From an uncultured Acidobacterium sp. (GTDB lineage Bacteria > Acidobacteriota > Vicinamibacteria > Vicinamibacterales > UBA2999): a stretch of 64,000 nt of DNA. The notes under the pieces are model-generated. The model did not search any database, was not told where the DNA came from, and saw only the letters and a program-made list of their open reading frames with translations. A program made the position numbers and the translations under genes. The stretch lies in assembly GCA_964350785.1 (NCBI GenBank), contig CAYGMD010000001.1, forward strand, positions 6,853-70,852. Reading direction: 5' to 3'. Shown piece by piece: positions 9,037 to 18,900 of the stretch. Each line of letters begins with the position of its first letter. Within the stretch, counting starts at the first letter, position 1.

Positions 9037-9261
9037 GTGGCCACGGAGGAAATCGGCGCCATCGTTCGCCAGGCTCGTCTTGCGCAGGGCCTTCGCCAGG
9101 ACCAACTGGCTGCCGCCGCAGGTGTGGGCGTGCGCTTTCTCGTCGAGTTGGAGGGCGGCAAGCCCACCGTTCGGCTCGACAAGGTGCTGGCGGTCCTCAA
9201 CGCGCTCGGCCTGCGCCTGCACACCACATCTTTGTCCGTGCTCCCTGGAAGTGACTCGTGA
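9037..9261 (+). CDS. hipB: HipB-like XRE-family HTH antitoxin
   Basis: GTG at aa 66 of ORF 8842..9261. Sequence VATEEIGAIVRQARLAQGLRQDQLAAAAGVGVRFLVELEGGKPTVRLDKVLAVLNALGL. Overlaps hipA by 4 nt. The start codon choice is uncertain. Confidence 0.7.
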   Translation: MATEEIGAIVRQARLAQGLRQDQLAAAAGVGVRFLVELEGGKPTVRLDKVLAVLNALGLRLHTTSLSVLPGSDS

Positions 9262-10508
9262 CGCGGACGCTGTCGGTCTGGTGGGACGGGTCGATCACCG
9301 GCACGCTCCAGGTGAACGAACACGGCGAGATGCGATTCACCTATTCGCCCGAGTGGGTAGCGGACGCGACTCGTTCGGCGATCTCGTTCTCGCTGCCAAA
9401 GCGAGCGGAGCCCTTCAGGCAGCGCCAGTGCCGGCCGTTTTTCGCGGGCCTGCTTCCGGAGGAGTCGCAGCGCGACGCGATCGCCCGCGCGCTCGGGATT
9501 TCAAAGCGCAACGACTTCGCCTTCCTGGAGGCGCTTGGCGGCGACGTCGCCGGCGCGTTGTCGCTCTGGCCCGAGGGCGAGGCGCCGCCCGTAGTGGATC
9601 CCGATGGGGAGGCGCATGCGCTCAGTGACGCTGAACTCGTCGACATACTCGACACGTTGCCGACGCGGCCCCTGCTTGCCGGGCGCGAGGGGCTGCGGCT
9701 CTCGCTGGCGGGCGCACAGTCCAAGTTGCCGGTCGTGCTGGTCGATGGCCGCGTGGCCTTGCCGGCGCCGGGCCAGCCCACCACGCACATCCTGAAACCG
9801 CCGATCGCGCGGTTTCCACACACCACCGAGAACGAAGCGCTCGTCATGACGCTCGCCGCGGCCATCGGCTTGCCGGCCGCACCAGTGGCTGCGCGAAGTG
9901 TGGCCGGGCGCCCCTACCTGCTGATCGCGCGCTACGACCGGTCGTTCGATGAGAGCGGGCGCGCCCGCCGGCTGCACCAAGAGGACTTCTGTCAGGCATT
10001 GGGCATTCCGCCCGAGCGGAAGTACGCCGCCGAAGACGGTCCGGGGTTCAAGGCCTGTTTCGATCTGGTGCGGCGCGCGACCACCGTTCCGGCGCGTGCG
10101 GTACTGGCGTTGCTCGACGCCGCGATCTTCAATCTGATCGCCGGCAATGCCGATGCCCACGGTAAGAACTTCAGCCTGCTCTACCAGGCTGGCGGCGTCA
10201 CGCTGGCGCCGTTCTACGACCTGCTGGCGACGGTCGCCTACCCGGATCTGTCGGCGAAGCTCGCCATGAAGATCGCGAAGCGCGCGACGCTCGAGGAGAT
10301 AGGCCCGACGACGTGGCCGGAGTTCGCGGCAGATGTCGGCCTGGGCGCGCCGTTCGTTCGAAAGAGGGTGATGGAACTTGCCGAGGCGGTGATTGCCACG
10401 GCTCACGTGACCATCGAAAGCCCTTCTCTGGCCGGGCTCAATACCGACGCATTGACGAACTTCGCGACGCTGATCGTGTCCCGCGCAGAACGCGTGGCAC
10501 GCAGGTGA
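9258..10508 (+). CDS. hipA: HipA-family serine/threonine kinase toxin
   Basis: 416 aa. N-terminal HipA coupling domain (..LSVWWDGSITGTL..) and a kinase core with ..SLAGAQSKLPV.. and ..GNADAHGKNFSLL... Confidence 0.9.
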   Translation: MTRTLSVWWDGSITGTLQVNEHGEMRFTYSPEWVADATRSAISFSLPKRAEPFRQRQCRPFFAGLLPEESQRDAIARALGISKRNDFAFLEALGGDVAGALSLWPEGEAPPVVDPDGEAHALSDAELVDILDTLPTRPLLAGREGLRLSLAGAQSKLPVVLVDGRVALPAPGQPTTHILKPPIARFPHTTENEALVMTLAAAIGLPAAPVAARSVAGRPYLLIARYDRSFDESGRARRLHQEDFCQALGIPPERKYAAEDGPGFKACFDLVRRATTVPARAVLALLDAAIFNLIAGNADAHGKNFSLLYQAGGVTLAPFYDLLATVAYPDLSAKLAMKIAKRATLEEIGPTTWPEFAADVGLGAPFVRKRVMELAEAVIATAHVTIESPSLAGLNTDALTNFATLIVSRAERVARR

Positions 10509-11011
10509 GCGAACCGGCCCACCTTCGCCAAAGGCTACGGTGGGCAGACTTCGCCTGACACCCGAGCGAAGTCTGGAGGCGGCGGGAGTTGAAACTGAAA
10601 TCAGCGGATTTTCTAAACTGCTGATGGCGCACGGCTTCTGATGCTAACGCGTTGATACGGCGGTGTTTGCCGCTGCTCGTCGACTACACACACGTCCTCA
10701 GGAATCCTCAGAAATCGACCCACTTCTTGGAGGCCTTTTGGAGGCGGCGGGACACAGTGCCCGCCGCCGAGATCGGGACAACTCCCGCCACCAATTTGGA
10801 GGAAGGAACCGCCAAGAGGCGTTCCCGCCGCGCGGAGCGCGGGAAGATTCCAGCCGCCTCCAACATTCGAGAAACATGTAGTACGGCAAGATTGGCGTTC
10901 ATCCGCGAGGAAACTCTGGAGGATCGTGGACATCGTTCCGCCTTTCGGACACTGTCCACGGTCGCCGCGTCGATTGAGCCGCAGGAAGGCCAAGGGCAGG
11001 TGGCGTCGTGT

Positions 11012-12880
11012 TCAGCGCAGTCCCGCCGCGCGTCCCTTCATCGTGGCGGCGAGCGCGCGCATGCGCGTCCCGTCTGGGCCCACTGCGGCTGCGGCGTCGG
11101 CCTCGAGCTGGCCGGCCACTGACACGAGTTGATCGGCCGCCGCGCCGTTCTTCGCGCCATCGGCATTGTCGAGCGCGCGCTTCACGGCCGCAGCCCTCGC
11201 CGGCGCGAGGCTCCTGGTGCGGTTCAGCTGATCGAGGTACGCGCGCGCCACGACGGTCACGGCCGGCCAGGTGACCTTCGTCTGGTTCTGGGCGTTGAAT
11301 TCGGTGGCCTGCGACAGGATTGCCGCGTCGATTTCGTTCTGTGAGAGATACTCGCTCGGCAACAGCTTGAAGACGTCCATGCCGCGCGCTATCTCCGACC
11401 CAAAGATGCTGCCGTTGAACCAATACGTCGACCAGTACCCGCCGGTGATGAGCCGCGCGGCATCGATCGGCCCGCGGTCGAAGTACGCGATTTCCGTGGG
11501 GTGGGCCGAGTCGGTGAAGTCGAACACCGACACCCCGCCCTGATACCAGCCTTGCACCATGATGTCGCGGCCCGGCACCGGGATGATCGACCCATTGTGG
11601 GCGACGCAGTTCTCTTGCTCGGTCTGCGCCGCGGGCATCTTGTAGAAACTCCTGAAGCGGAGCTTGCGGTCAACGATGTCGAACACCGCGTCCGCGCCCC
11701 ACTCGAGCGGATCGCCGGCGCGGCACCGCGGGCGCGTGCCGCCGCCCCATTCGTCGGTGAAGACGATCTTGGTACCGTCGTTGTTGAACGTGGCCGAGTG
11801 CCAGGCCGCGAAGTTCTTGTCGACCACATAGTCGAGCCGCACCGGGTGCGGGGGTCGGAGATGTCCATCAGGATGCCGTTGCCCGAGCAGGCGCCCGCGG
11901 CCAAGCCGGCTTCGGGGAAGACCGTGATGTCGTGGCACTGGCTCGTGACCCGCGACCGTTGTGTGCCTGGGCCGTGATCACCCCCCGCCCAGAGGCCGGC
12001 GATGGCGCCGGTCTTCTCGTCGGCGAAAATGCGCGGCCGGTTGACGATGCGTGCCTTCTCGGGTGTGGCGAGGGGCACCTCGATCACGTCGATGCTGAAG
12101 AGCGCCGTGCGAGCATCCTCTTTCGGGTCGAGACCAGAGCAGCCCTCGAGTTCCTCGCCCGGGCGTACCTGGCCGGTGCCCGAGCCGTAGACGTAGAGCG
12201 TGGACTTGTCCTTCGGCGACGGGACCAGGGTATGGGTGTGTGACCCGCGGCAGGTCTGCACTGCGGCCACCTGCCTCGGCTTGCGAAGGTCGGTGAGGTC
12301 GAAGATGCGGACGCCGCGGAAGCGCTCGGTGCTCACCGGCAGGTCGACGCCGCCAGGTCCGCAGTCCACGCGCCCGCGCGTCTGCTCGACCGACATGAAG
12401 AGGAGGTTGCCCCACACCGACACGTCGCCTTGGCCGCCCGGGCACACCACCGACGCCAGCAACTGCGGCTTGCTGGTCCGCTCGATGTCGTACGCCTGAA
12501 ACCCGTGGAAGCTGCCCATGATCATGCGGGTCCCGCTGAAGGCGAGGTCGGAGTTCGCGAAGTTCAGCCCGCCGCTGTCACCGCCCGCGGGCGCCGACGG
12601 AGCCGGTGCGGCCGGAGGCGGCGTCGCATCGCTCGCTGCTTCGGGCGGCGTCGCAGGGCCGGCGGGCTCGCTTGGATCGAAGAAACCGGCGGGCTTGGGC
12701 ATGGTCGCCACGAGCACCATGTTCCTGGCCGCACTGCCCGCATCACGAAAACCCGCCTTGAGTCCGACGCGGGTCGGTCGTCGAGGCCCGTGAGTCAGGA
12801 CGCTGGGCGTGGCCCACCACGCTCACCATCAGCACCGTCACGACGAACGCCGTGAGTCTGGTTACCAAGCCTCTCATCAT
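11012..12880 (-). pseudogene. LVIVD-repeat beta-propeller protein, reading frame broken twice
   Basis: A signal-peptide ORF (AGGAG then ATGATG at 12880; MMRGLVTRLTAFVVTVLMVSVVGHAQ) stops at 12743. The body continues in ORF 11389..12720 up to ..GILMDISDP and then in ORF 11012..11938 from ..HPVRLDYVVDKNF... The breaks coincide with a T4 run (12748-12751) and a G5/C5 run (11850-11854). Confidence 0.7.
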
Positions 12881-12927
12881 TGCAACTCCTGTAGAGATGC
12901 GGTCGATTCGTCTCACGGCGGCCCAGG

Positions 12928-14577
12928 TCATCGGCGTCCGGCCGCTGACGCGGGTTTGGTGATCTGTTGCGCCAGATCCCAGCTCACCTGGTGCACGAGC
13001 CGGGCAACGCGCTCCATCTTCTCGTAGTTGATCTTCTCGGGCCGATCGTTTGTGGTGTGGTAGTCGGGATGCAGCCCAGTGTGGAACCACACCGCGGGCA
13101 CCCCGCGCTGCAGGAACGGCCACTGGTCGCTGCGGCGCAACAGATTCGAGACGTTGTTGTCGAGGTTCATCTTCAGCTCCAGCCCGAACCGACGACTCGA
13201 CTGCTCGACGGCGGCCTTCAAGGCGGCGCTGCGTGAGTGGCCGATCAGGTTGACGCTCTGGCTGTTCGATTCAGCGCTCTGCACGTCGAGCCCAAGGAAT
13301 CGCCGGCCGCCGCCCACCGGCACTTCCATGTTGCGGCCAATCATATCCATGTTGAGGACGGCGACGGTCTTGCTGAGCGGCCGCACCGGCCGCTCGGTGT
13401 ACGCCCACGATCCGAGGAGAGGCCCGCGCTCTTCGGAACCGAAGACGATGAACAGAACCGACCGTCGCGGCCGCTGCCCGGCCCTGGCCGCGAGCGCGTA
13501 CGCCTCCGCGATGTCGATCACGGCCACGGTGCCCGACACGTTGTCGTCGGCACCGTTAAAGATCTGGCTGCCGTCGGCGCCTTCGTGGTCGTGGTGCGCG
13601 GACACAATGATCACTTCGTCCTTGAGCTGCGGGTCGCTGCCCTCCATGAGGGCGGCGATGCTGCGGTCCGGCACGCTGTGCCGCAGCACAGTCTGCGCCA
13701 GCGTCACCTCTGGCCCGGGAATCGGCACGGGCGTGATGCCGCGGGCCGTCTCGGCCGATCGCGCGAGATCGTCGAGTGAGCGGTGCGTGTCGCGGATCAG
13801 CATCGACGCCGCGGCGACCGAGATCTGCGCGGCCGGAATCCGGATTTGGTTCAGGTAGTCCGCCAGGAAAAAGCGGTCGACGCGGGGGGGCGTCGCGGGC
13901 CAGTAGGCCTGCGCGTCGGCCGCGAAATCCTGGGGCCCCGGGTGATTGTGGACATCGGACACGAACAGGACGCCGATGGCGCCGGCCTCCTGCGCCGCCA
14001 AGACCTTTCGGAACGGCACCGCGGCTTCGGCGGTGACCACGCCGTCGAACGGGCTCGCGGGGTCACGTTCGCCAGGCTCATGGTCGAGCACCAGCGCGAT
14101 CTTGCCTTTCACCGCATCGCGGCCGTAGTCGTCGTACGACAGGCCAGGAGAGGTGATGCCGAAACCCGCAAACACCAGGCCGCCGGTCACGCGCCCGCTG
14201 GCGCCGAAGCGGTGCGGGTAGTAGTCGTGTCCCCGCTGCAGCCTCTGCGCGACGCCGCCCTGGACGACCTCGCACGTATTCTCCGCGCCGAGCGTCGCCA
14301 CCGTCAGGTTGAACGGCAGGAAATACGAGCCCTGCTCGCCGGCGGGCGTGAGCCCGAGGCGCTCGAATCTCGATTTGACGAACTCGGCCGCCAGGGCATA
14401 GCCCCGCGTCCCAACGAGGCGGCCCTCGGTCAGATCGTTCGCGAGAAAGTACACGTCGGCCTTGAGGTCGGCCTGCTGAATCGAGTCGTTCTGCGGCGCA
14501 CGGTCCTGCGCCACGAGCGGCTGGCTGGCCAGCACGAGCGCCAGGAGAAGGCCGCGGGCCGTCTGGAGGTGCCTCAC
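12928..14577 (-). CDS. M28-family aminopeptidase with PA domain, exported
   Basis: GTG start at aa 199 of ORF 12928..15171, in a GTGA overlap with the upstream gene's stop. Signal peptide ..RHLQTARGLLLALVLASQPLVAQ. Motifs ..VIIVSAHHDH.., ..GADDNVSGTVAV.. and ..HTGLHPDYHTTNDRPEKI... Confidence 0.85.
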   Translation of the reverse strand: MRHLQTARGLLLALVLASQPLVAQDRAPQNDSIQQADLKADVYFLANDLTEGRLVGTRGYALAAEFVKSRFERLGLTPAGEQGSYFLPFNLTVATLGAENTCEVVQGGVAQRLQRGHDYYPHRFGASGRVTGGLVFAGFGITSPGLSYDDYGRDAVKGKIALVLDHEPGERDPASPFDGVVTAEAAVPFRKVLAAQEAGAIGVLFVSDVHNHPGPQDFAADAQAYWPATPPRVDRFFLADYLNQIRIPAAQISVAAASMLIRDTHRSLDDLARSAETARGITPVPIPGPEVTLAQTVLRHSVPDRSIAALMEGSDPQLKDEVIIVSAHHDHEGADGSQIFNGADDNVSGTVAVIDIAEAYALAARAGQRPRRSVLFIVFGSEERGPLLGSWAYTERPVRPLSKTVAVLNMDMIGRNMEVPVGGGRRFLGLDVQSAESNSQSVNLIGHSRSAALKAAVEQSSRRFGLELKMNLDNNVSNLLRRSDQWPFLQRGVPAVWFHTGLHPDYHTTNDRPEKINYEKMERVARLVHQVSWDLAQQITKPASAAGRR

Positions 14578-15812
14578 GGCCGGCGCCCCACAACAGTCGG
14601 AACGATCGCGCGGTCGGAGGCGTCGAAGTCGCGGATCGCCTTCACCTCGGCCGCGGTCAGGCGCTGCACCATCTGGACAATCAGCTTGACGGTGTTGTCG
14701 AAATCCGCGCGGTCGATCACGCCCGACTGGCTGTGTCCGTACCGCGTCGGGATGCCGATGTTCACCGCGGGGATGCCGGTGGCCGACTTCTGCAGCATCG
14801 CGGCGTCTTCGCCGTAGCCCGTCACCGATTCGAACTGCAGCGGGATGTTGCTGTCCCACGCGGTCTTGATGATCCAGTCGACGAAATTGTTGCTGGGAAT
14901 CATGCTGCCGTCGAACACGAACAGCTGCGGGCCCTTGCCGAGCACGCCCTGGGACAGCTTGGGCGATGTCATCAGCGGGAAGTCGCCCGCGATGCCGATC
15001 TCCAGGTTGATCACGATGTCGGGGATCGTGCTGGCCTGAACGACCGAGGCCCCGCGCAGGCCGATTTCCTCCTGTGCGGTGGCGGCGACGTGCACAGTGT
15101 TGGGCGGCGGTGTGGCCTTGAACTGCTTGAGGGCCTCGGTGATGACGGCAAGGCCAACCCGGTCGTCCCACGCTTTCGCGAGGTACCGGCTCGTGCCGTT
15201 CAGCACTTCAAACGTGGTGTGATACACGATCGGCAGGCCCGGCCGCACACCGAATGTCTCCACCGCCTCCTGGCGGCTTCGCGCGCCGATGTCGATGAAC
15301 ATGTCGTCGACGGGCACCATTTGATTCCGTTCCGACGGCCGCAGGATGTGCCCGGACTTCATGCCGGTGTAACCGATGACCGAGCCCTTGGGCGTCAGGA
15401 TCGCCATGCGCTGGGTCAGCACGCTCTGATCGAAGTAGCCGCCGACCCCGTGGAAGTAGACGAAGCCGTTGTCGTCCACGTAGCGGACCAGAAAGCCCAC
15501 CTCGTCCAGGTGGGCCATGATCAACACGCGCGGCCCGTTGGCCGGCCCGCGCACGGTGCCGAGCAGGTTGCCGACTCCGTCGGTGCGGAGATCGGCGACG
15601 AGGCCCTGCCACTCGCGGCGCAGGATGTTGCGCACGGGTCCCTCGAAGCCTGGCGCGCCATGCGCGTTGGTCAACTCCTCCAGTAGCCGCACCACGCCGT
15701 CCGGCTGCGCCTGGGTTCCGGCCTGCGCGTGGGGTGAGGCCGCCGCCAGCGCAGCCGCGATGCCGAGGGCCGCGGCCAATCGCAGCGGTCGGTGAAAACT
15801 GTGTCCTGTCAT
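14574..15812 (-). CDS. M42-family (FrvX/glutamyl aminopeptidase-like) peptidase with an N-terminal signal peptide
   Basis: ..LTNAHGAPGFEGPVRN.., ..IMAHLDEVGF.., ..AWDDRVG.. and ..AQEEIGLRGA.. motifs. N-terminus MTGHSFHRPLRLAAALGIAAALAAASPHAQA. Confidence 0.85.
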   Translation of the reverse strand: MTGHSFHRPLRLAAALGIAAALAAASPHAQAGTQAQPDGVVRLLEELTNAHGAPGFEGPVRNILRREWQGLVADLRTDGVGNLLGTVRGPANGPRVLIMAHLDEVGFLVRYVDDNGFVYFHGVGGYFDQSVLTQRMAILTPKGSVIGYTGMKSGHILRPSERNQMVPVDDMFIDIGARSRQEAVETFGVRPGLPIVYHTTFEVLNGTSRYLAKAWDDRVGLAVITEALKQFKATPPPNTVHVAATAQEEIGLRGASVVQASTIPDIVINLEIGIAGDFPLMTSPKLSQGVLGKGPQLFVFDGSMIPSNNFVDWIIKTAWDSNIPLQFESVTGYGEDAAMLQKSATGIPAVNIGIPTRYGHSQSGVIDRADFDNTVKLIVQMVQRLTAAEVKAIRDFDASDRAIVPTVVGRRP

Positions 15813-15904
15813 GTTGATCCTTCCTGCGCGTACGCGCCTGGTGGGCGCACCACGAGTCTGCTGTGACCCGGAAACGGGCCGGTTTAGGGTTCGTATGAGA
15901 GGAA

Positions 15905-15930
15905 GAGCCGGCGACGTTCGTCGCCGGCTC
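15905..15930 (-). terminator. terminator hairpin downstream of the TonB-dependent receptor gene
   Basis: GAGCCGGCGA-CGAACG-TCGCCGGCTC on the minus strand, followed by a T/C-rich tail. Confidence 0.6.
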
Positions 15931-15950
15931 CCCTGAACGCGGTGCAGGGA

Positions 15951-18900
15951 CTAGAAGCGCACCTTGAGGCCAACCTGGTACTCCCGTGCATCCGTGGCGG
16001 TGCCGCCGATGCGGCCAAATGCGCCGGAGGCGATGTTCAGGTTCGGCACGCCGAAGTTCACGTGGTTGAAGGCGTTGAACGACTCGAGGCGGAGTTCGAG
16101 GCCCAGGCCCTTGTGGACGCTATCGAGCACGATGCGCTTGATGAGCGAGAAGTCGGTGTTCACCAGGCCAGGGCCGCGGAACGAGTTGCGCGGCGCGCTG
16201 CCCAACTGACCGATCGTGGTGCGCTGGTAGGCCGCCTTGTTCAGCCACTCGGTGGCGGTCTTGGGGCCGGCGTTCGGATCGCCCACCAGGTTGGGCCGGC
16301 ACGTCGCGGTGTAGCCGCCTGCCAGCAGGCACGGGTCGGACCCGTCAAAGACGTTGTAGGGGAACCCGCTCTGGAACGTCCAGATGCTCGTGAACGTCCA
16401 GCCGCCCACCACCTGGGACATCGCGCCTGCCTTGAGCCAGCGGCCGTTGGGGCCGAAGGGCAGATCCCAGACCTGCGATGCCGTGAATCGATGCCGCGCG
16501 TCGAAGTCCGACGCCGCATACTCGGCCTCCGGGTTCCTCGCGTCTTGCGGCTTGAGCAGATACGTGGTGCTGGTCGCCCCAGAGTGGAATCCGGACATGA
16601 GGTCGTGCGAGCTCGAGAGGGTGTAGGCGAGGCCGAATCCCAGCCCCTTCGTGAACCGGCGCTGCAGGCTCATCTCGACGCCCTTGTAGTCGGAGTGCCC
16701 CCAGTTGGTGGATCGCAGCACCGAGCTGAAGCCCGTGTAGGGCCGATAGAGATCCTTGTTGGCCGCCGTGGTCTGCCCCGCCACGTAGATCGGCTGGTTC
16801 ATCTCCTCGAACTGAAGGAGGTCGTAGCCATCGTTCTTCACAAACGCCACTTCGGCCACCATGTTGTCCAGGAACTGATACTGCGTCCCGATGCTATAGG
16901 CCACGGTATACGGCACGACGATGTCGGGATTGGTCGAGTAGAGCTGCCCGATGATGGGCGTGCCCGTCACGGGCTTGATGGGATTTTCGAGCGTCGTGTC
17001 GCGGTAGACCGGCTGCTCCTGGAACGGATACGACAGGATGTGCTGCAAGGCCAGGTTGTTGCGGAGCTGGTTGTGGAACACGCCCACGCCGCCGCGCACC
17101 GCGAGGCGGCCGTCGCCGAAGACGTCCCACGCCAACCCTACACGGGGCTGCAGGTTGTTCCAGTCCGGGAAATACGTCGAGTTCTCCGGCAGGCCGTTGG
17201 TGCCTGCGATGATGACCTCCGCCACGCCGCTCTGCGGCGCGCCGGTGTCCTTCGTGCGGACCACGAACGTCGAGGTCTGGCCGAGCGCGTCGGTGATGGG
17301 GCTGTAGAAGTCGTACCGGACGCCGAGGTTCAACGTCAGGCGGTCGGCGACCTGGAAGTCGTCCTGGAAGAAGGCGCCGAAGTTCTTGTTGCGCATTTCG
17401 AGCTTCGTTCGCCCCTTGGCGTGGTTGAACTCGATGGCGCGCCCGAGCAGGAAGTCGGCGAACGGATCGCCGGTGTAGTCGCCGTTGAACACGAATCGGC
17501 CGACGAAGAAGAAGCCGAGGTCGAAGTCATCCGTCCCGCGGCGCAACTCGGCGCCCATCTTCAGCGAGTGTCGCCCGAGGTTCTTGGTGAGCACGTTTGA
17601 GACCTGCCACTCGGCCGACGGGTTGTTGCTCGGCCCCTGGATGGTGTTGCCGATGCCTGACATGCCGTTGATCGTGATGTCCGGCAGTCCGAGGCCGCCC
17701 GCGGCGTCCTGCGGCCGCACGTAGTTGATGCCGTAGTCGACCGGGTTGAGCAGCGGGAGGTTTGAGCTGAGGCTCGAGTTACCCGACCACCCCACCCGGA
17801 CCTCGTTGATCATCGTCGACGACAGCGTGGAGGTGAGCCCGAGCGTGGCGTGCTGCGTGCGCGTTGTGCCCTGCGTGGCGAAGCCCAGATAGCCCGCAGG
17901 CCCGGATCCCTGGAAGGGGTTAAACGTCGTGCCATCCTGCAGGAAGTGGCGATAGAACAGGTTCCACTTATCGCTGAACTTGTGGTCGAGTCGCAGCATG
18001 TACTGGTCGAACGTCTGATTCTGTTCGGGCGACGAGGCGAAGTTGTTCTGCCGGGACGCGGCGCCGGCGATGTTGGGCAACGGCATGAGTTCGAGGAGCT
18101 TCAGGGCCGCGGGGCTGATGCGATTGGCGGGAATCTGGTTGCCGGGAAACGGCAGGCCGTTGAGCGGATCGCGAATTACCCGCGAGAGGCCGCTGAAGTC
18201 GCCGGCTCGTTCCTGGGCCGTGGCCACGACGGTCTGGCGGGTCAAGCCCCGGCTCAGCCGGAACCCTTCGAAGGCCCCGAAGAGGAAGGTGCGGTTCTTC
18301 GCGAGGGGTCCGCCGAGCGTTCCGCCGTACTGGTTCTGCGACAGGGGCGGCGGATCGGTGGTGGCAAAATAATTCTTCGCCTGGAAGCTGTCGTTTCGAT
18401 TGAACTCCCACGCGCTGCCGTTCACCGTGTTGCTGCCCGACTTGGTGACCACCTGCACGACCGACCCGGAGTTGCGGCCGAATTCGGCGGAGAAGTTGCT
18501 CGTCTGGATCTTAAATTCCTGGACGGCGTCGACGTTCGGCCGCGCCTGCACCGAGTTACCGCCGAGCGAGACGTTGGCCACGCCGTCGAGCTGGAAGTTG
18601 TTCGCGTCCTGCCGCTGCCCATGCACGACGTAGTTCACATCCGTCGTCGACTGTCCCCGCGTCGTCACGCCGGGGGTCAGCAGCCCCAGGCTGGCGAAAT
18701 TGCGGCCGCTCAGCGGCAGCTCGAGAATCTCTTTCTCTGTGATGACCTTGCCGATGGACGACGTGGTGGTCTGCACGGCGATGCCCGCGGCCACGACCGT
18801 GATGGTTTCGTTCAGGTTGCCGAGCTGCAGGACGGCGTCGACGCGCGTGGACTGGTTCACCTGCACGGTGATCGGACCCTGGGAGTAGCGCCGGAAGCCG

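Noticed and set aside
15942-17600. Very long ORFs antisense to annotated genes. Examples: 15942..17600(+), 18967..20967(+), 17850..19109(+), 36519..38246(+), 44496..46541(-), 56249..58591(-), 60024..62159(+), 21791..22705(+), 22712..24097(+).
   Set aside because: They mirror genes with clear family signatures on the other strand. Their products are Arg/Ala/Gly/Pro/His-rich low-complexity strings typical of shadow frames in high-GC DNA. None has a recognisable motif or RBS.
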